Shown in pieces: positions 35,330 through 38,824 of a stretch of 38,824 nucleotides of DNA. The notes below the pieces were generated by a model. That model searched no databases, was not told the DNA's origin, and saw only the letters and a program-made list of their open reading frames with translations. The translations under genes were made by a program, and so were the position numbers. The stretch comes from Tubiluchus corallicola. Taxonomy: Eukaryota > Animalia > Priapulida. The DNA lies in contig JAQGDQ010000717.1 of NCBI GenBank assembly GCA_030141605.1, forward strand, positions 1 to 38,824, read 5' to 3'. Positions within the stretch are counted from its first letter, which is position 1; each line of letters starts with the position of its first letter.

Positions 35330-36170
35330 CAAAGGCAGTCAGTACGATTCCCTCATTTTCAAGGACAGTCAAAAGAATACATTTTTACACAATTAATACA
35401 GCAAAAGCATTTTGATAATTAAATAATAGGTTAAAAACTTAGTTAATGGCGGGCGAGCCCAACTATTGATGACATCACAAACTAACTTAATTTTTAACAG
35501 CAAAAATATTCCACGATCATGTTTTAAATGAATTTGCGAAACAGAAAATTGAAGTACAGTGCTACTGTAAATATTCTCTGTGTGTTGTACTAAAACAAGC
35601 AAAGTTTTAAAATAGAAATTCAAATTTCAAATTTACCGCTGTGCTCACACACGAGCTGTCGATCGTGTGCAGTTCATCACAAACTAACACAGTTGAACTG
35701 AGAGGTACAGTGCCTGTTTTGTGCAATGCGTTTCCGCAGGCGTTAGCGTCCGTCTGACAATCGAATGGCACGTAAGAGCGAAGAGCCAGTGTCGCAAATG
35801 TGAAATTGTGCTTGTGTGGTAATAATTCTTTCACATAAGTATGTTTCCTTTCGGTATCTTAAATGATAGATTGTTTTGACCTACAGTTTAAAGTTGGCTC
35901 AGGTTTTCATTTAAGAAAGTACATATAGTAATGATTTATCTGTTAATAAAACGTTTTCTTCAAATGAGTTTATCTAATTGTAACAAAAAGACTCGGAGAA
36001 TCGAATCTTCAATTTTCAAAACTGCAAGGGACGACAAATCTACAGTGACCTATTTTACTCGTGTACCCCAGTCTCTCCACTACCGCTTGAGTTTGCACAC
36101 ATGAAAACTACAGTGAGAGTCACACATGCGCAGTGCTGTTCCTATTGGGACGTCACTTCCGCTTCCTTCC
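35330..36170 (+). mobile_element. Dispersed ~850-bp repeat, copy 2
   Basis: Shared blocks tcaaaagaatacatttt, gaaaattgaagtacagtgct, aattcaaatttcaaatttac, catatagtaatgatttatctgttaataaaa. Confidence 0.6.
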
Positions 36171-36481
36171 CGATTTTCTCCTTCGTTTGCATATTCTGTC
36201 CTTTTAATTGTAAGTTAGCATCATTTAAATAAATGATCATTTTTCTGATTGTAAATTTGTATAATTTAAATGAATAATCTTTTTCTTGATTGTAATTGGC
36301 ATCGTTTAAATGAATAGCAATTTTTCTGAATCGTAAATTGTCATCAATTAAAAACCCCTGAAATCTCATTAAAATTATGAGTTTAAATCAAAATGGTGAT
36401 TATTTTCCAATCCTATTGAATCATTCGTAAAAAACAAAACTGACATAAACAAAGTCAAAATTAATCACACAATCCTTGGTC

Positions 36482-36621
36482 AAAGGACCCCATGTGAAGG
36501 AAAGGATTGAGGACCATCTGAGAAAGGACCACCTGTGTAAGAAACACCTTCAGCACTTTAAAAGTGATCAAAGGACCCCTTGTGAAGGAAAGGATTAAGG
36601 ACCACCTGTCAAAGGACCACC
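36482..36621. repeat. ~88-bp spaced duplication rich in aggacca motifs
   Basis: aaaggacccc(a/t)tgtgaaggaaaggatt(g/a)aggacca at ~36482 and ~36570. Confidence 0.8.
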
Positions 36622-37218
36622 AGTAGATGCACTGATAGCAGTTTAAGCAAAATGGCAAGCTTTACTGTTAACATTTTATTTAACAAAGTGTGACTGAAAA
36701 GTTTCTATTTTATTCTTTATTTTATTCTATGTAAATTAAAAAGTGCAAAAGTGAAAACACTCAGCTGCAAATACGACTAACAGATTAAAAACTAAGTAAA
36801 TGGCTTGAAAACATTAATGAAAAATATCTCATCACAACAGCTCGTTTTAATCAATTCTGCATAGGGATGCCACAAAAGTGTAAATAACTTCTGTAAACGA
36901 CCATCCAAATCACTGAGTTGTCTTCTTATGCAACTTTACAGTTGCTAAGCAACATACAAAACTGCGGTACAAGCATCAGTCCACAACCATACACTCATCA
37001 GACAGTGAGCAATATCTCATCAATATCCTATCAATGTAAGATATGAAGGCGTAAATTACTCTATCTGAACCTCTTAAACCCATCAACCTGCAAGTTCGAT
37101 AAAAGAAAAAAGTAAAACATGAAAAAAATCCATTGCACAATTAACTGTAATTACAAGTAATCAATTGATAAAATTATTGACAATAGAGAAGGGACACAAG
37201 AAGGAGTGAGTGAGACAG

Positions 37219-37304
<86 letters not shown>

Positions 37305-37324
37305 CAGTATTATTATTATTATTA
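37219..37324. repeat. (ATT)n microsatellite
   Basis: Directly visible. Confidence 0.98.
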
Positions 37325-37703
37325 ATAATAATATATACGATTAAGTCTTTTAATTTTGGATGTTGCCACCTAAGCAAAATATCATTTACTTGTCTCATTT
37401 AACCCAACATCTAGATTTAATTTTTTTTGTATTTATTACTCTTTTATTTGAAATACGTTTTATTTGAACGTTTTCTCTTGTTGCAGTTTTATCGTTTAGT
37501 CAATTCCAATGAAACAAACTTGTGCAGTATTTATTTAATTGTGCCTTTGGAACTTTCATTACAGTCTAATGAAGATTATTTTATGACCCTTTATATAAAA
37601 ATGAAAACTGGTGCAAACGTAACTGCATTGGTTCAAAGCCAGTAGTGGGAAAGGTTTAGCAAATTTTTGTGATAAATGATTTGTACAGAAGGTGGTAATG
37701 GAT

Positions 37704-38000
37704 GAACATTTTGCCGGATATGTGGACTTATTTTAGGAAACATGATTCATACAGAATCCGGTAAACTGGACAAACTGTCACGAACATTTTGCTAGATATG
37801 TGGACTTATTTTGGGAAACATGCTTCATACAGAATCCGGTAAACTGGACAAACTGTCACGAACATTTTGCTAAATATGTGGACTTATTTTCGGAAACATG
37901 ACTCATACAGAATCCGGTAAACTGGACAAACTGTCACGAACATTTTGCTAGATAGGCGGACTTATTTTCGGAAACATGCTTCATACAGAATCCGGTAAAC
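37704..38000. repeat. 78-bp minisatellite, ~3.8 copies
   Basis: gaacattttgc starts at 37704, 37782, 37860, 37938. Confidence 0.96.
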
Positions 38001-38128
38001 ATCTATGGATATTTTTAACGTCTGGTCAGAAAATATCTATTGAAAAAAATCTTGTATCTGAACAGAAGACATCTATTGGCAAACTCAAGCATCTGGGAGG
38101 AAAATATGTCTATTGCCACTTTTAAGCA

Positions 38129-38467
38129 TCTCAAGCACCTGGTTAGGATGCATCACATGCATAGAGAAATGCAGCCACAAGCATTGGGTCAGAAGACATC
38201 TACTATCAACCTCACGCACCTGGTTAGGATGCATCACAGGCATAGAGAAATGCAGCCACAAGCATTGGGTCAGAAGACATCTACTGTCAACCACAAGCAC
38301 CTGGTTAGGATGCATCACAGGCATAGAGAAATGCAGCCACAAGCATTGGGTCAGAAGACATCTACTGTCAACCTCAAGCACCTAGTTAGGATGCATCACA
38401 GGCATAGAGAAATGCAGCCACAAGCATTGGGTCAGAAGACATCTACTGTCAACCTCAAGCACCTGGT
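38129..38467. repeat. 81-bp minisatellite, ~4.2 copies
   Basis: Unit gcacctggttaggatgcatcacaggcatagagaaatgcagccacaagcattgggtcagaagacatctactgtcaacctcaa. Confidence 0.96.
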
Positions 38468-38824
38468 CAGTAGACGCCTATCAACATCCTGTCAAAAAAC
38501 ATTAAAGGGGTCACAAATTCTTGATTGAATAACTATTACATATGTCATACAATGCGTCACGTGCAAAAACCTCGCATGAAACGAGCTGTTAATATTATTG
38601 CGGTGTTCACCAGTGGTTCATCTTGAAGCTGCTTTTATTCTTAGTTTACAATAAAATATACAAAGTCATTATAGTGTCCTCTATATAGTCTAATTTCCTT
38701 TTTTTTATTTTAATCACAACTTTAGCACGAACTGCATAAACGGTAGTATAACTGGTATGTCAAATTTGTTTAAAACCAAAGTATCATTAAATCCTTGAAA
38801 AAACAAGTACATATTTTAAACATA

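Noticed and set aside
37706-37740. FCRICG zinc-finger/RAG1-like motif
   Set aside because: Only a CxxC; stops in the other copies and no further ligands.
37704-38467. CRISPR-like arrays
   Set aside because: Contiguous tandem units without spacers.

Overview
AT-rich, repeat-saturated eukaryotic DNA, most likely an invertebrate metazoan; no prokaryotic features and no intact host gene can be supported. The window is a layered transposable-element graveyard. In order: a pseudogenised baculovirus-F/errantivirus-type envelope gene with its own splice acceptor (784-~3004); a 69-bp minisatellite that appears amplified from a minus-strand BEL/Pao integrase C-terminus (3119-4445); an internally deleted BEL/Pao element, LTR-PBS-gag-LTR, TSD ACGTG (5031-7495); a fold-back region with possible exons (7900-10510); LINE fragments, one split by a 1.5-kb solo LTR (TSD ATATC); a two-variant 26-bp minisatellite; a second deleted BEL/Pao, integrase end plus LTRs, TSD CATAA (22707-24495); a head-to-tail array of three non-autonomous Helitron-like units with GT-rich repeats (24866-28826); a Ty3/Gypsy RT-RNase H remnant with no downstream integrase (Gmr1-like), split by a solo LTR (TSD GCATC); a third solo LTR inside a dispersed DNA-transposon-like repeat; and further micro/minisatellites. 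Most ORFs in the supplied track are repeat artefacts. Family calls rest on motif recognition by eye, not database searches; coordinates of degenerate elements are approximate.
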